Of a stretch of DNA of 64,000 bases, positions 1 through 15,869 are shown piece by piece. How positions within the stretch are numbered: the first letter of the stretch is position 1; every line of letters begins with the position of its first letter. Both the position numbers and the translations under genes were made by a program. The stretch covers positions 34,286,001 through 34,350,000 of the forward strand of contig CM022672.1 of NCBI GenBank assembly GCA_012295275.1, given 5' to 3'. The notes under the pieces are model-generated. The model worked only from the letters and a program-made list of their open reading frames with translations. It was not told the DNA's origin and searched no databases. Origin of the DNA: Chrysomallon squamiferum. Its lineage: Eukaryota; Animalia; Mollusca.

Positions 1-30
1 GTGTGTGTGTGTATATATATATATATATTG

Positions 31-84
<54 letters not shown>

Positions 85-119
85 TGATATGTGTATGTGT
101 GTGTGTGTGTGTATTGATA

Positions 120-152
<33 letters not shown>

Positions 153-190
153 TGATATGTGTGTGTGTGTGTGTATATATTATATGTGTA

Positions 191-231
<41 letters not shown>

Positions 232-600
232 TGATATGTGTATGTGTGTGTGTGTGGGACTCTGTATATATAAAGGTAAATGTCAGTTTCTTTGGAGTCT
301 TGATCTTCGTCCAACGATTATTTATTTTAACATTTAATAAATGTATAGATTAGTAAAGATAATCGAACAGTCATCATCAGTATAAAGCTGTTGAAAAACA
401 ATAATAACAATATAAAAAATAAAAACAAAATAAAAAATAAAAATAAAATAAAAAATAAAATAAAATAAAACAGAAACAATGTTTTGCATCTAAAGCGTAA
501 TTTCATATTATCAAATTTATTTATTTACATAACAATAACAATAACAATAATAATAATAATAATAATAATAACAATAATTATAATAATAATTAACAATAAT

Positions 601-699
<99 letters not shown>

Positions 700-1559
700 A
701 ATAAAATAAATAAGCTTAAAATCGCTAATTGGTCCTTCGGCCCATAGAATAAAAGAAAAAGAAAAAAGAAAACGAATTTTAATGAGTAAACAATTTATTA
801 GCGTCCACAATAAAAGCTATAAAATCAGTATAAGATCATTTTAGGATATTCTCGATTTTTCCACTGGGAGTGATGATAAATAAACTATTGAACGGCTAAC
901 ACAGAACTTAGAAAAGAAGTTATATAGATATCTAATATGTATTTAAAAGAAATAAATGCAAAATTAATGTTTGGTTTCAAATTAATTCTTCAAAGGACTG
1001 AACAAAAACAGTATATTTTTTTCTAATTGTTTCTGAATCACATTTTAGTGACAAAGGAAGTGATTACGTCTTTGATGGAAACTGCTTCGTCATTATTCTT
1101 TTCGTGTCACATTCGCTTATTTATTTATTTATTTATTTATTTATTTTAAATAATTCATTGATTTTTAAAACAGCATTATATGTAAAATGATATCACAACT
1201 TGCTTAACGCTGCATGACATTAGGAATTCATTTAAAAATAAATCAGTTTAAAACTTTCAATGAAAAAGATTTTACTTATTGATTCAGTTCTCGGATTTTT
1301 CGCTAATAATCTACAGACACGAACGACACGAATGACAAACACGCCTAATAATTCTGTATTTTATAAAGAAACTGATGTGAAGAAATTAGAGGGTAAAGAA
1401 TCGAAATATGTATATATATGTTTTATATAGTGAATGCAGAAAAATATATTTAATGTTAAAGTGTGGACAATATCATTTTTTTCTTTATCTGATTAATCAA
1501 GTTTTCTTATTTTACATAATGACATAATATATTTTTTGACTGCTTTTTCTTCTTTTATA

Positions 1560-1611
<52 letters not shown>

Positions 1612-1848
1612 ATTAAAAAAAAAATATAATTAATTATATTTTTTATTAATGTTTATTCATTTATTTTTTAATATTTATTTATTATTATTATTATTAGTAG
1701 TAGTAGTAGTAGTAGTAGTAATAGTTGTTGTTGTTATTGGTGGTGGTGGTGGTGATGGTGTTGTTGTTGTGGTTATAACAGTAATATTTTATTTTCTTTT
1801 CGTTTTCTTTTCTGATAACCATTCATAAATCCACACTTCCTTACACTG

Positions 1849-1897
<49 letters not shown>

Positions 1898-3628
1898 GTA
1901 ACCAACAGAAACACGCTGTTTACGTATTAACAACCATTTTGTCTAACACTTTACTTGTACATATCGATCGAACGCACCCCGGATATGTAGATATTTAAAA
2001 ATTAAAACGGTTCGCCAAACAGCAAACAGCGCTAGTGTTATCTTCCAAACCAAAACAGTTTGCTCATTTTACCTCTGCAATTATTAATGTATGTAGTTTG
2101 ATCATTTGACTATAGAAAAAAAAAAAAAAAAACAGAGCATTGTAGCAGATGTCACGTAGTCGTCTGCTTTCGTATACAACGCGTATCTGAACGACTCCAT
2201 TAAAAATCTTCAACAAGAATTCCTTATTGAAAAGTGCTATGAAAAGACACCGTTACGGTGGCGTGATTTGCAAAAAAATCTCGGATAATATAATAACGTG
2301 TGACGTCAATTATTAATCGCTGTTCGGATGTGTTTTATGCCAGTCACGTGCAATTAAGCGCGCCCGGGACAATGCGCGGTTCCCGTTGGTCAGCGAAGCG
2401 AGTTTAAACTGAGGCTGGGACATGTATTTTTCATGCGTGCAATTGAAACACTTCCGTGTCGGCATGGAATGTTTGGCAAGGCGCAATCTCGAACACGTGT
2501 CGGCATTCCCCTCCAGATTGCTTCGCGTTCAGGTGACACGTCAACAGTCAAAGACGAGAAACTAATTATTTATCAAAGCAGGTGTTTTATTAGTCATGTT
2601 TTTGGATTTTATTATTTGTATTATTTTTATTTTTTTTTTTTTTTTTTTTTTTTTTTACATTTTACCGTTATATTTTTTGTTATTTATAAGACCAGATGTT
2701 TTGTAGAGAGAGGGTGTCCTTGGTGCAAATCGTCAAAATAAGTCGAATAACGAACGAAATGACGTCTAAAGAGGAATTAATGTAAATAACATAGATATCG
2801 TCTCACTGTTTTACAATTTAACTTGAATAACTATACTGTTGTGTACCTACACATTATAATAAACGTGTAATAAATAACTTTCTCAACAATATAAACGATA
2901 ATAATAATAATAATAATAATCATAAACAGTGACCCTCTTCATAGCATGTTTTCGTTATTATTAATATTATTGTTATTCATAATATTTCTTTTTCTTTATT
3001 TCTTTTTCCTTCTGTTCATCATTCACTTCATCGTCATTTATTTATTTATTTAAATCAATGCAGTTGATATTTTCATTCTGCTATATTTTATTGCAAATAA
3101 AAGAAATGATTTTTGTTTTTATTGATATAATTATTAATTTTCATTTGTTTTTCTGCAATATTATTCTTTTAATAATTATAACATTTGTTTATTTATTTAA
3201 AATGTATTAATTTATTTGGTTAGTTTTGTTAATAATAAAAAAAAAAATAGTAATACAGTAAAATCAACAACAACTACAACAAAATTAAATTAAAAACATA
3301 ACAAATCAATATTATATTGAAAAAAATAATATCAAATCTTCTGTAAGTATGTAAGGTTGCATAAGACTGAAATTGATTTTAAAATAAATCTTGATTTGCT
3401 TTCAGTGTAACAGATTTTACTTTTCACTAGATCTCGGATTTTTCGTTAGATTCTGACGACACATACAAATGCGCTTATAAAATCATATTTTATATTAATA
3501 TTTGGTGAATAAGTGTATACAAATATATTTAACTTTACAATGTCGACAAATAACTACGATCCTTGTTGTTTTTTTCTCAGTATTCCTGTTATTAAGGATT
3601 TTTAATAAATGCATCTTTTTATTGTTTA

Positions 3629-3682
<54 letters not shown>

Positions 3683-3766
3683 TTATTAATTATTAATAAT
3701 AATAATAATAATTTATTATTCTTCTTATTGTTCTTCTTCTTCTTCTTGTTGTTATTATTCTTCTTC

Positions 3767-3798
<32 letters not shown>

Positions 3799-4044
3799 TT
3801 AGTCGTTCTTTTGTATTTCTTAGTAAATGACGTTTAGATTTATTTCCACTTTTTACAGACAGTGTATAAGCCGAAGTAGGTGGATAAAGGTTTAATTTGG
3901 TACTTATCAGGAACAACATATTTAACATAAAATTATAAATTAAAAAAAAAAAAAAAAAAAAGAAAACAAAGGAAGGAAAATGAAAGAAAGAAAGAAAAAA
4001 TAGAACAGCAGATTTTAGATACAACTTCAGTTGTATACATTATA

Positions 4045-4084
<40 letters not shown>

Positions 4085-4212
4085 AGAATCGTGTTTGCGC
4101 ATGTGCAAGTAGGTGTGCTTGAGAAAATAATCATGATGAAAGTAACTGTAGTAGCAGCAGTAGTAGTACTAGTAGTAAAACTAATAATAATAATATAATA
4201 ATAATAATAATT

Positions 4213-4249
<37 letters not shown>

Positions 4250-6309
4250 GAGTGTTTGTGGTGCAAAACAATTTCTTTATTTTTAATAAAACTAAATAAT
4301 TTTCACTGAACAGCACTAACAGCACAAACAAATCGAACACACTGATTAATTAACGATCGTGATCAAGAACAGTAATTTCCCATCTTTGAGACATATCGAA
4401 TATCAGCTGTTTGTTAAAATATTAACTGATTCATTTTCTGTCATGCAAAGCACTAAAATGAACAGAATACTTAAAGTGATGTGCATGTGAAACTGTACAA
4501 TACAGAGTACTTTAGTTATAATATTCAGTGTGGTCTGTACCAGAAAAATAAATAAATAAGTAAATAAATTAAAAGAAATAAAAAAAAGAAAACCTTAAGA
4601 AAAAGTAATTTTAACATTTACTTTGAGCTGTCTGTGAAAGTTTAAAATAAAGAGCAATCATGTTATACAGACCATTTTGGTTTTCGGTATGAAAGGGTGT
4701 AAAAATAAAATTATAATTATAATAATAAAAAGCTTTCGACTCGCAAAGTTGAATAGAAAAAAAATTAATATATTCAAGAAATTACCAGTTATTTCAAATT
4801 ACAACTATGACAATAATTCGCGAAGTTAAACAAGAAAAATAAGATATTCAAGAAATGACCTGCTATTCATTATTTCAAATTACAATAACGGCGCGATCTT
4901 CCTATAATTTTTTTTTTAAGAATTGTTTACCGAGCGAAAAGACAATTTCTGTATAAAAATCAGTTAAAGACGCATTTTTAATCGTTTTCTTTGTGCACGA
5001 ATCTCTCGGGTACGAACATAAATATGTTAAACAGTAAAGAAATCCCGTTCGGCAGGAAAACGAGTTTTCACGAGCTAATTACGAAATTTTAATTCCAACC
5101 GCTGTAATAGAAACAGAGATTTTTTGAGATTGTGTGTTCCCAGCGGAAGGGAGTAGAATAAAGAATTACTCTTTTGGTAATCATAATCCTCCTCATTAGT
5201 TGATCTGCGCTCTTAATCTGCATCTTTATTGCACCCGCCGATGTCAGCACTATCGGCCTTCGGGAAAAAACGTCAACATTCGTTTTCTTCGTTTTTGTTT
5301 TACGAGTCCGGCGAGGCATCTGTTAAGAACCACGAAGCACCCACAATGGCTGCTTATCGACAAACCACAAATTTTCAATTCCGATCGTTTCGAATTGTGG
5401 CTAATTTCGCATTAAGTGTCCCATGTCGCGTTATTAAACCGCGCTCGCACACGAGAGAAAAACATCAACAGATTTATTGCCTTAAAAAAGCGCTAACTCT
5501 GGTGATTTTTATCAGCCTTGGAGATTACGTAATGCAACAATAAGAATAAAACTTTCGTTTTTCACCGCCGATCACTCAGTCATTAATATCCATGGCGATA
5601 TACTGTGACGTTAATTTCTGTCTATTTGCTAAATAAAACGTCTAAGAAATTAATATAAAAAAATTATTATTTTGCGCGGTACCGCATAAACTGACGTAAA
5701 TTTACGTAACCTAAGCTAACTGAACGTAAATGGTGTAAGATTTACAGAAATTTTAAATATTAATGTCAGCTGAAATAAATATGTGAAATTATACTGAATG
5801 TATTGTGTGTATTCATGCTAGCAAAATTTCAAACACGTAATATAATTTATTTTACCTTTTACTGAAATTAAAATGACTTTGAAAAATAACAAAATAGATC
5901 GTTATAATCATAAAAGAAGCTGGAAATAATATTTTAATTATTTAAGTTTGAGTGCATTACTGCTACTGCTACTCTTACTACAATTACCACTACTACTTCT
6001 ACAGATAATTAACAACAACAATAATAAAAATATATCACACAATTTGATACGCTGTTTTAAAATAAAATAATTTCATAAAAACACAACAAAGATCACACTC
6101 GACAGACCCTCACGCAAATATATACACATATATATTTAAATAAATAAAAACATAAAAAAACAACAACATATATACACATTTAGAACTGACATACAGTTCG
6201 TGAACAATGGTAAAATTAATTATTCCAAAATAAAACCTTATAAAATGTACATTCTCAGTAAGATTTATTGCCTGAATAGAAAAATAATAAATTCAATATT
6301 AAATAATAA

Positions 6310-6341
<32 letters not shown>

Positions 6342-7264
6342 TAAAAGAACGAAGAAGAAACAAGAAGACGAATTAATTTTTGTGTTTTTAACGACAAGGT
6401 TTTTGGATCACATTTTGAGTACGCTCGTTCTCAAACAGATAAGCACAGCAATAAATACAAACACGGTCTATTATTTCTTTTAATATTAAGATTTTTATTC
6501 ACCAGTGTCAAATTACGCTTCCAGTCGCTTTTAAATACGGCACAATATCTCGACGGGACTACAGTACACCAATTAACACATCGGAACCCGCCTCATAATT
6601 ACGTCTGCATTTTACGACCGTTTTCCGAAAAGCTACGACTATAAAAATCTGTTAGAATCTTTGTATCAGCTGCCGCTTCAAACCAAGAATCTTACACCGT
6701 CAGCGACACCAGACACACCAGCAGTAATCAGTAACAACGATAAATAATTGAAACGCGGCAACGGCAAAAAAAAAAAAAAAAAAAAAAAAATGTTACGCGG
6801 CGTAACGGTACCGTGACTACCGGAGATTTTTATTATCGTAGTACCAGTCTATTTACCTACACAGCGGATTAAAGTTTAATCCGGGTTGCAGTTTTTCTGA
6901 CTGTAACAGTCTCAATGGCTTTATGATAATACGTCGTACACGTGAGCGTCTGAAATATTTACGAGCACAAGTTGATGGCCGTATATGTAGTAATTAAATT
7001 TATTTTGTTTAATCGGAAACAGCCGCTATCAAATCCACGCGTTGGCGTTTCTCACGCTATTTTGTTGTCACGTGATTTGCGGGTCTCAGTTACGTGATTA
7101 GAACAACTCAAATCTCTCCTGCGGGTTTACAGTTAAATATAATATGTTTACGTTACAAACAGAGAAAAATAAACAATCGTTAGGTTTTGCTATTACTTTC
7201 ACAACCACTGCTATTATTTCAGTTTCTGTATTATAACCATTACTCCTAAAACAACACAACAAAT

Positions 7265-7267
7265 GCA

Positions 7268-7319
<52 letters not shown>

Positions 7320-7594
7320 TGAACATTGTAATTAACACTACAACCACTACAGGCATTACTATTGCTATCATAACCGCTACTATTATTTCAGTATCTATAA
7401 AACAGCACTAAAACAGCTACTACTACTACTACTAGTACTATACTACTACTATTACTAACATTGTTATTACTACTACAGCCAATACTGTCATTACTACTTC
7501 TCTGTTACATCTACTACTACAATGTTTTCTGTGATAAGAGAAAATAATAATGGTTCTACTATTACTATTATTGTTACTACCATTACTACCGCTT

Positions 7595-7636
<42 letters not shown>

Positions 7637-8640
7637 CAGTAATACTGCTACTGCTACTACTTCTTCTATATTATGTTTTCTGTGTTATAACAGTAAAGTA
7701 GCAATAGTTTGGTACTACTATTACTACTACTAGTATTACTACTGTTATACTTTCAGAATTTCTATTACTACTACCATTATTACTATACTACTACTACTAC
7801 TACTACTACTATTACTATACTACCACTACTACTATTACAATATGTTTACTATTATAAAAAATATAATAATGGTTTGATACGACTTTTACAACTGCCACTA
7901 CTTTTAGAATTTCTATTACTACTACCATTATTACTACTTCTACTACTACTACTACTACTACTACTACTAATGTTACTACTATATGTGTAATGGGATATAA
8001 TAGTAAATAATAATGTGCTTGGTATTGCTACTATAAATACTTTTAGAATGACTACTATAGTTATTATTACTACTATACTACTACTACTACTTACTCTGCT
8101 ATTACTACCAATACCTGTTATATTATGTTTACTAAATCCTTTTTTAAATGACTATTACTACTACTAAACTACTACTATTACTAATACTTTTACTACTACA
8201 ACAACTACTACTGGAAAATATTTACTTGTATTTTAACAGAGAAAATAACTATGGTTTGGCATTACAATCACTACGACAACGGTTATTGTACTAGTTTTAC
8301 AATTACTATTACTATTATTAAAACTATTACCAATATTACTTCTTCTACATTACCATTAGTAACTACTACTAGTAATAATACTAATACTATACTGTAGTAT
8401 GTTTACTTGTTTCATAACATAGAAAATAATGATTTGCTATTACTGTTACTAAGAAACTGTTATTGTTCTACTACTATTACTACTGCTGTTGCTTCTGCTA
8501 CTACTACTACTACTACTACTACTACAGATACCCTACTTTTATTATTACTACGGCTACTACATGCATTGGTATTCCTTTTTCTACTTACATTATAGAAGGC
8601 TACCACTACAATTGCCATTACTATAACTACCAAAGTACTA
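7265..8640. repeat. Degenerate (ACT/ATT)n microsatellite field
   Basis: Long imperfect ctactacta tracts; typical of the many (AAT)n, (TAG)n, (GA)n, (CA)n and (ATTT)n tracts across the window. Confidence 0.9.
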
Positions 8641-9697
8641 GTAATAGTCTTCTAAAACATATTCGAAGAAATAAAATAAAAAAATTAAATTTAATAAAAT
8701 TAGTCATCTAAACTGACACATTGTTTTAAATGTTGAGTTGACGTCACATATTATTTTTTCATTTATTATTAACAGTTATTTTTGTTGAGTAATGAATTTA
8801 TCAATAATTAATGAAATATTATTAACTAACATCAAAATTTGTATAAATCTTTGTTTGCTAAGATCATTCATAATCCAAAAATCAAGCTGCGAGAATATTT
8901 AACTGAAAAGAGTAAAACAAGAAAAATATAAAATTCTAAATACCCCTGAGTTTAAATCAGTCGAAAAGTCTCAAATTCATTCTCAGTTAGAACATATTTA
9001 TTTATTTATTTATTTAGTTATTTTATTTTTCTTATTTTATTTATTTTATTTTATTTTATTTTATTTTTATTTCATTTTATTATATTAATTAATTTATTTA
9101 TTTATTATTTTATTTTATTTAATATTAATTTATTTATCCATTTATTCATTTTATATATATATTTGTTATTTTGTTATTTATTTATTTATTTTTTTATTTT
9201 ATTTATTTATGTAATGCTTTATTGATTTTATTATTTTATTATTTTCGTCATCAAGTTAAAAAGTTGTTGACAGACAAGGGACGTTGTATTTAACAATAAT
9301 TTTGTTATCATAATACAAAGATATATTTATTTATGTATTTCAGTGACCGGGTTTTTATATCTATTAGCCTGTATCATCGCTTGCTGAGATTAGATTCACA
9401 GTGAACTGAAATCTCGAGATAACCAAGTCTCGCTAATATTCCTAATTTATTCCTCTCCCATAGAGATTGTTATCTAGAGTATGGATTAAATAAATAAATA
9501 TAATTTTTTGTTGTTGTTATTATTGTTTTTGGTCTTGTGTGTCTGTGTACAAATAGGGTGGGGTGGGGTAAGGAACTTTCAGATTGGGGTAGGGAGTCGT
9601 AAAATTGTCAGTTCTGGACAGAGTTAATTTGTAGTTTAATTCTGACGTAATTCATAAATTACAGTATATTGTTGTTGTTGTTATTATTATTATTATG

Positions 9698-9742
<45 letters not shown>

Positions 9743-10258
9743 TTATTATTATCATGGTGATGATCATCATTTATTTTGTTATTATTATTATCATCATCAT
9801 CATCAACATCATTTATTTTGTTGTTATTATTATTATTATTATTATATTTTTATAAATATATACAGAAAATATTGTAGAATTGTGCAATAAACTATAAAAA
9901 CATTTAATAAATTTAAGAATTTCTGCTCTTACGTTTTTACAGTTTTCACTGTTTAACGGCATTGTTCTGTGTGTTTCAGTCTGAAGTGTTAGCAACAAAC
10001 AGACTGTTAGCAATATTACATTCACTCCTCATTGTGTGTGTGTGTGTGTGTGTTGAATGTAATAGTAGTAGTGTGTTTAAGATACGTGTGTATATAGTTT
10101 GTAGAGTTTGTCTGTTCACGAGAGCACGCGAATTGTGCGTATTGTATTTCAGTGTGTGTGTGTGTGTGTGTGTGCGTCTGTGTGTTTGTGAGTGAGTATT
10201 AGAAGATCAAACAAAATGATAGTTCTCTTTGAATACAATGTTAAAAATAAAATGAGTT

Positions 10259-10310
<52 letters not shown>

Positions 10311-11526
10311 TAATAATAACAACAACAACAATGATAATAATTATAATAATACTAATAAAAATCAATAAATTAATCTAATAATTTTTAAAATGACGAAATC
10401 TTTCTGTGACCTGTCTTAAAACTGATGTCGATAACGAGGCTGACTCCTATGAGTAATATGCAAAATTATAAAATTATTTATCCTGAATCGTGCATGAAAA
10501 ACAATCTTAAAACTGTAATCTGATTCCAGTTAAAATGATTCCAGAGTTAAATAATTTTTTCCACAACACAAAAAAACAACAACAATTGCATCATTCATTT
10601 ACATGTTTGTTATGCAACATTTTTATTTTTATTTTTATTTTTTTACAAGTCTATTCCGATCTACCACGGTTTGATATGAATAATAAATGACTAAAAAGAA
10701 AACGAGTCGAAGTTTGAAACCAGCTGCTTTACGAAAACTGGTTTTCTTTTACCTTCGAAACGCAGTTAACGATACACCGCAGAATATTGAGTTACACGCG
10801 CCGAAAACACTTTATAATATTGTAGTAGCTTTCAATTATATTAAACGAGGTTAGCCAATCGTCAAGAGTGTTGCTCTGGTCGTAATAATACAGAATCCCG
10901 CCACAACGTCACACACCCGCTCTGGCAGACGAACTGCAGAGAGCGCCATCTAGGAGACGTTTGTTAGCGCGTGGTTAATGTTTCCGCTAATGCGGTTCGA
11001 CAGGCTTTCCGGAGGGAAATCACACTTACGAGCGCCCGTTTCAAAATGGCGCTGCACCGCAGACGAGAAAAATACTAATAATAAGTTCAAGGTGTCGGAC
11101 CCAATCACACCTACAAACTTCATTTTGTACGTTTGTTGCGTTAAATAAGGCGGTCGCGAGGGATCTCTGAATGTAAACTGTTTCAATATTTACCACTAAT
11201 TTTGATTGTTTAGTTTGATAAATCAGACGACCAGAGATTACGTTTTTGTATTAATATTCGTTTAAGTGATAATCTAGATAACCCGAGAAAGTTTTATTCT
11301 TAATCAAAATTAGGTCATGCTCTAAAACTATTAATGAAGATAACGACGACAACAACAGCTACTTCTACAACTACAATTACTTCTACAACGCATAACGTAA
11401 AAATACTTGCTAAAATTACTAGTTATTACTAAAGCAACTACTACTATAGTTGCTACTAATACCAATAGAATTAGAAACAAACAAACAAACAAATAAATAG
11501 ATAGATAATTAAATAAATAAAAAAAA

Positions 11527-11585
<59 letters not shown>

Positions 11586-12766
11586 TAATAAACAGATAAG
11601 AAAACAACAACAACAACAAAAATCTAAACAACAATAAATAAAATTTTGGTTACTTAAGAACAAGATTCTTGTAAGAATAAATCTTACACATTCATATCAC
11701 CCAGTATCAAGTGACATCGTTTAATTGTAACAACAAATATTAATAAATTATAAATATTTTATTGCGATGTCTGTTTAACTTTGTAAATAAACGAAAATGA
11801 AAAAAAAAAAAAAAAAAAAACGCGCGAACTGTGTCGTCACTGACTTCTGCCAGTTTCGCCCGCCAGCTGCATTTCCCTTGGTAACAAAGACCAGCAACAG
11901 TACTTAAGGTCAAGGTCATTAGTGACTGCAATATATAGTTTAGGATGGTTAAAAAAAAAAGTAAATAATAATATTAATAATAATAATAATAATAGTAGTA
12001 GTAGTAGTAGTAGTAGTAGTAATAACGAGATGTAGTTCAATCGTTTCGTGGATTTCGCTGAAGTATAAACAATTGCTGAATCAGTCAAGTGAGCTTTTTC
12101 CCGTTCTAGTTTACGAAATACTGCGACGTCATATTAAATTATTCCTTAATGCTAGTGGATAAGAGAACAATAAAACGAATGAACGAATGAATAAATAAAT
12201 AAAATAAAAAAAGAAATATAATGCAATAAAATAAAATTGTGGGCATACATACGAACAACACAACAACAATAATAGCATAAAAAAAAAGAAAACAAATATA
12301 TATGTATATACAAGCACAGAAACACTAATAATAACAACAAACACATTTAATTTCTTTTATTTAAAATTATGTATACATATTTAGTTCATCCATTGTTTAA
12401 AATGTTGTAAATATTCAAAATATTGTTAGATTTTTAATACAATATTTCCTTTTGCTATTATTTATTTTTCCTCGTCTTTTTTTTTTCTTTTTTTTCCTTC
12501 TTTATTTTCTCTTTGATTTTGATTTTGATTTTTTATTATTATTTTTTTTTTTTCTGATTTTTAAAAATTTTCTGAAGTACTGTTGACATCATGCAGAGAG
12601 TTGAAACCAGCATAGATTTTTTGTCGCGACTGAACAATTATTTTTCTCATAAATATTTCAGACAATTTATTGAAGTTTCATCACACGGTTGGTTGACTTT
12701 GCTTGGTGAAATAATACAGCCTGAGATTTCTTGATATAACCGAGTTAACGAAACAATCAACCAATA

Positions 12767-13620
12767 ATTTCGTTCTGATGTAACCTGTTTTGTTATACAA
12801 TTGTTATTGATGTTATTATTACTGTTATTTCGTTCTGATGTAACCTGTTTTGTTATACAATTGTTATTGATGTTATTATTACTGTTATTTCGTTCTGATG
12901 TAACCTGTTTTGTTATACAATTGTTATTGATGTTATTATTACTGTTATTTCGTTCTGATGTAACCTGTTTTGTTATACAATTGTTATTGATGTTATTATT
13001 AATGTTATTTCGTTCTGATGTAACCTGTTTTGTTATACAATTGTTATTGATGTTATTATTAATGTTATTTCGTTCTGATGTAACCTGTATTGTTATACAG
13101 TTGTTATTGATGTTATTATTACTGTTATTTCGTTCTGATGTAACCTGTTTTGTTATACAATTGTTATTGATGTTATTATTACTGTTATTTCGTTCTGATG
13201 TAACCTGTTTTGTTATACAATTGTTATTGATGTTATTATTAATGTTATTTCGTTCTGATGTAACCTGTTTTGTTATACAATTGTTATTGATGTTATTATT
13301 ACTGTTATTTCGTTCTGATGTAACCTGTATTGTTATACAATTGTTATTGATGTTATTATTACTGTTATTTCGTTCTGATGTAACCTGTTTTGTTATACAA
13401 TTGTTATTGATGTTATTATTACTGTTATTTCGTTCTGATGTAACCTGTTTTGTTATACAATTGTTATTGATGTTATTATTACTGTTATTTCGTTCTGATG
13501 TAATCTGTTTTGTTATACATTGTTACTGATGTCATTATTACTGTTATTTCGTTCTAATATAACCTGTTTTGATATACAACTGTTATTGATGTAATTATTA
13601 CTGTTATTTCGTTCTAATAT
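12767..13620. repeat. 60-bp minisatellite, about 14 copies
   Basis: Unit tttcgttctgatgtaacctgttttgttatacaattgttattgatgttattattactgtta at an exact 60-bp period; the last copies are degenerate. Confidence 0.97.
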
Positions 13621-13821
13621 AATGATCATTATCGTCATCGTCATCAACATCATCACAAATCATTATCTTCTTTACATCATGAACATTATTTAGTTTATAA
13701 ATTTACTTATTTACTTACTTCCTTACTTGTTTACTTATATATTTATTTATTTATTTATTTTTTATTTATAACTTTTATTATTTTTTTAAATGACCATTAT
13801 TACTCTTTTGAAAAACTACTA

Positions 13822-13862
<41 letters not shown>

Positions 13863-14166
13863 ACTACTGCTGCTATTACCACTACTGGTTACACCGGTAT
13901 TTATTTATTTATGTATTTACTTTCTTACCTACTTACTTACTTTTAGAATGATTAGTATTTCTACTATTACAGTTACTAATACAATTACTACTACTATTGT
14001 AATACTATTATATTATTAATACTACTGCTTATTCTTTATTTACAACTTGTGATTTTAGTTTTGTTTATATTTATTTATTTATTAATTATTTAATTGTGTG
14101 GAAATTGTAGATTGCTGACATGATCATAATATTTTATCTCTATCAATTACATTCTTGATTCTTCAA

Positions 14167-14291
<125 letters not shown>

Positions 14292-14906
14292 CCCAAATCA
14301 CAGATTTGATTCCTCTGTGCATAAATTAAGCGTGAATTGTTGTTAAATATGGTTTGGTATTTTCCTTGAAGGGTGCCTTTTACCCAGACAGTAGCACTAG
14401 TATATAACTGATAAACACAATTTATTTTATTAATTCATTTATTTATGAGAAAAAAAATAAAATAAAAATAAATAAATAAATAAATAAAAGTAAAAAAAAA
14501 AAAAAAAAAAAAAGAAAGAAGAAAATGATAACATGAGTTCAAAAAATTCCTTTCCTGGTTCAAAAAAGAGAAAAAAAAAAAAAAAAAAAAAATGGCGGTT
14601 CTCTGAGAAAATAAGAAAAAAAAAAAAAAAGTGTGACAGGTTAATTACTGGGTGATTAACTTAACAACGCCGTCAACGACGACGTTCATTTGACGGCACG
14701 ACACTAAAAGAAGATGAAAGGAATAGCATTGAGGCACTCCGTCATCGCTGACATCAACGTCATCAAGTGTCAGGACCGCGGTGACGATGTCGCAAATACC
14801 GCACGCCGAGGTGTTGATGACGTTTTATTGCAGTAAAAAACAGAACAAAAAATGGAAGAAAAAATTTAAAAAAGAAAAAATGCAGAGGTACAGTCAGAGA
14901 TATGTA

Positions 14907-14944
<38 letters not shown>

Positions 14945-15050
14945 GAGGGAGGAAGAGAGAGGGGGGAGAGAAAGAGAGACAGAGAGATAGTTGCATACAG
15001 GTTTTCAGTTATGTTGGTTCAAAACCTGGACTAGATATTATCAATAAATA

Positions 15051-15082
<32 letters not shown>

Positions 15083-15838
15083 TAAAATTAAAAATAAATA
15101 AAACTTAAATAAATAAATAAATAAATAAATTAATAAATAAATAAATAAAAAATAAACAAAATAAAAAATAAACAAAAACCATAATTTAAAACCCCCACAA
15201 AAACACACCTTCTGCCGCTATGATAAAGCAAAAAAGTAAAGGTATGAACGCAAAAATACTTAGCTACACTTGAAAATACAAAATATAAAACTGCACATAT
15301 TTTTCACTGAATAATAAAATAATCAAACAATTTCAGGTGAGTGGAATACGGCCTTTGTACTCCTCTTCGAATGCTGATAATAATGACAACAGCAGCAACA
15401 ACAACAACAGTAACAATAGTAGCAGTAATAATGATAATTACAATAGTAGTAGTAGTAATAATAATAAAAAGAGTAGTTTTAGTATAGTAGAAGCAGTAAT
15501 AATAACAACAGTATTACAAGTAGTAATAGTAGTAGTAGTAGTAGTAGTAACAATAGTAGTAGTAGTTGTAGTAGTAGTAATAATCATAAATGTAGCAATG
15601 TGCAAAGATTCGGCTCTAAAATTTAATCATTTTTATTTTATTTTATTTTATTTGTTTGTTTTTAATTCTGAATGTAAAACAATTCAAATAATAATAATAA
15701 TAATACAAAGACCATTGGCATTTGTTATCATCATCATTATCACATCATCATCATCATCATAATCTTCATCATCGTCATTTTTCTCATAACCTTTTTTTCC
15801 GTAAGAATTCAATGAAAAATCTTAATTCTCAATTTGTT

Positions 15839-15869
<31 letters not shown>

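Noticed and set aside
2340-2560. GC-rich patch considered as a tRNA or other structured RNA (likewise 39440-39540)
   Set aside because: No cloverleaf, A/B boxes or recognisable RNA family motif found by eye.
5089-5543. Overlapping non-repetitive ORFs on both strands
   Set aside because: No recognisable domain or consistent splice sites; better explained as a non-coding island.
12801-13529. 242-aa ORF of repeated LLMLLLLLFRSDVTCFVIQL
   Set aside because: By-product of a 60-bp tandem unit; TTG start, no splice or domain support.
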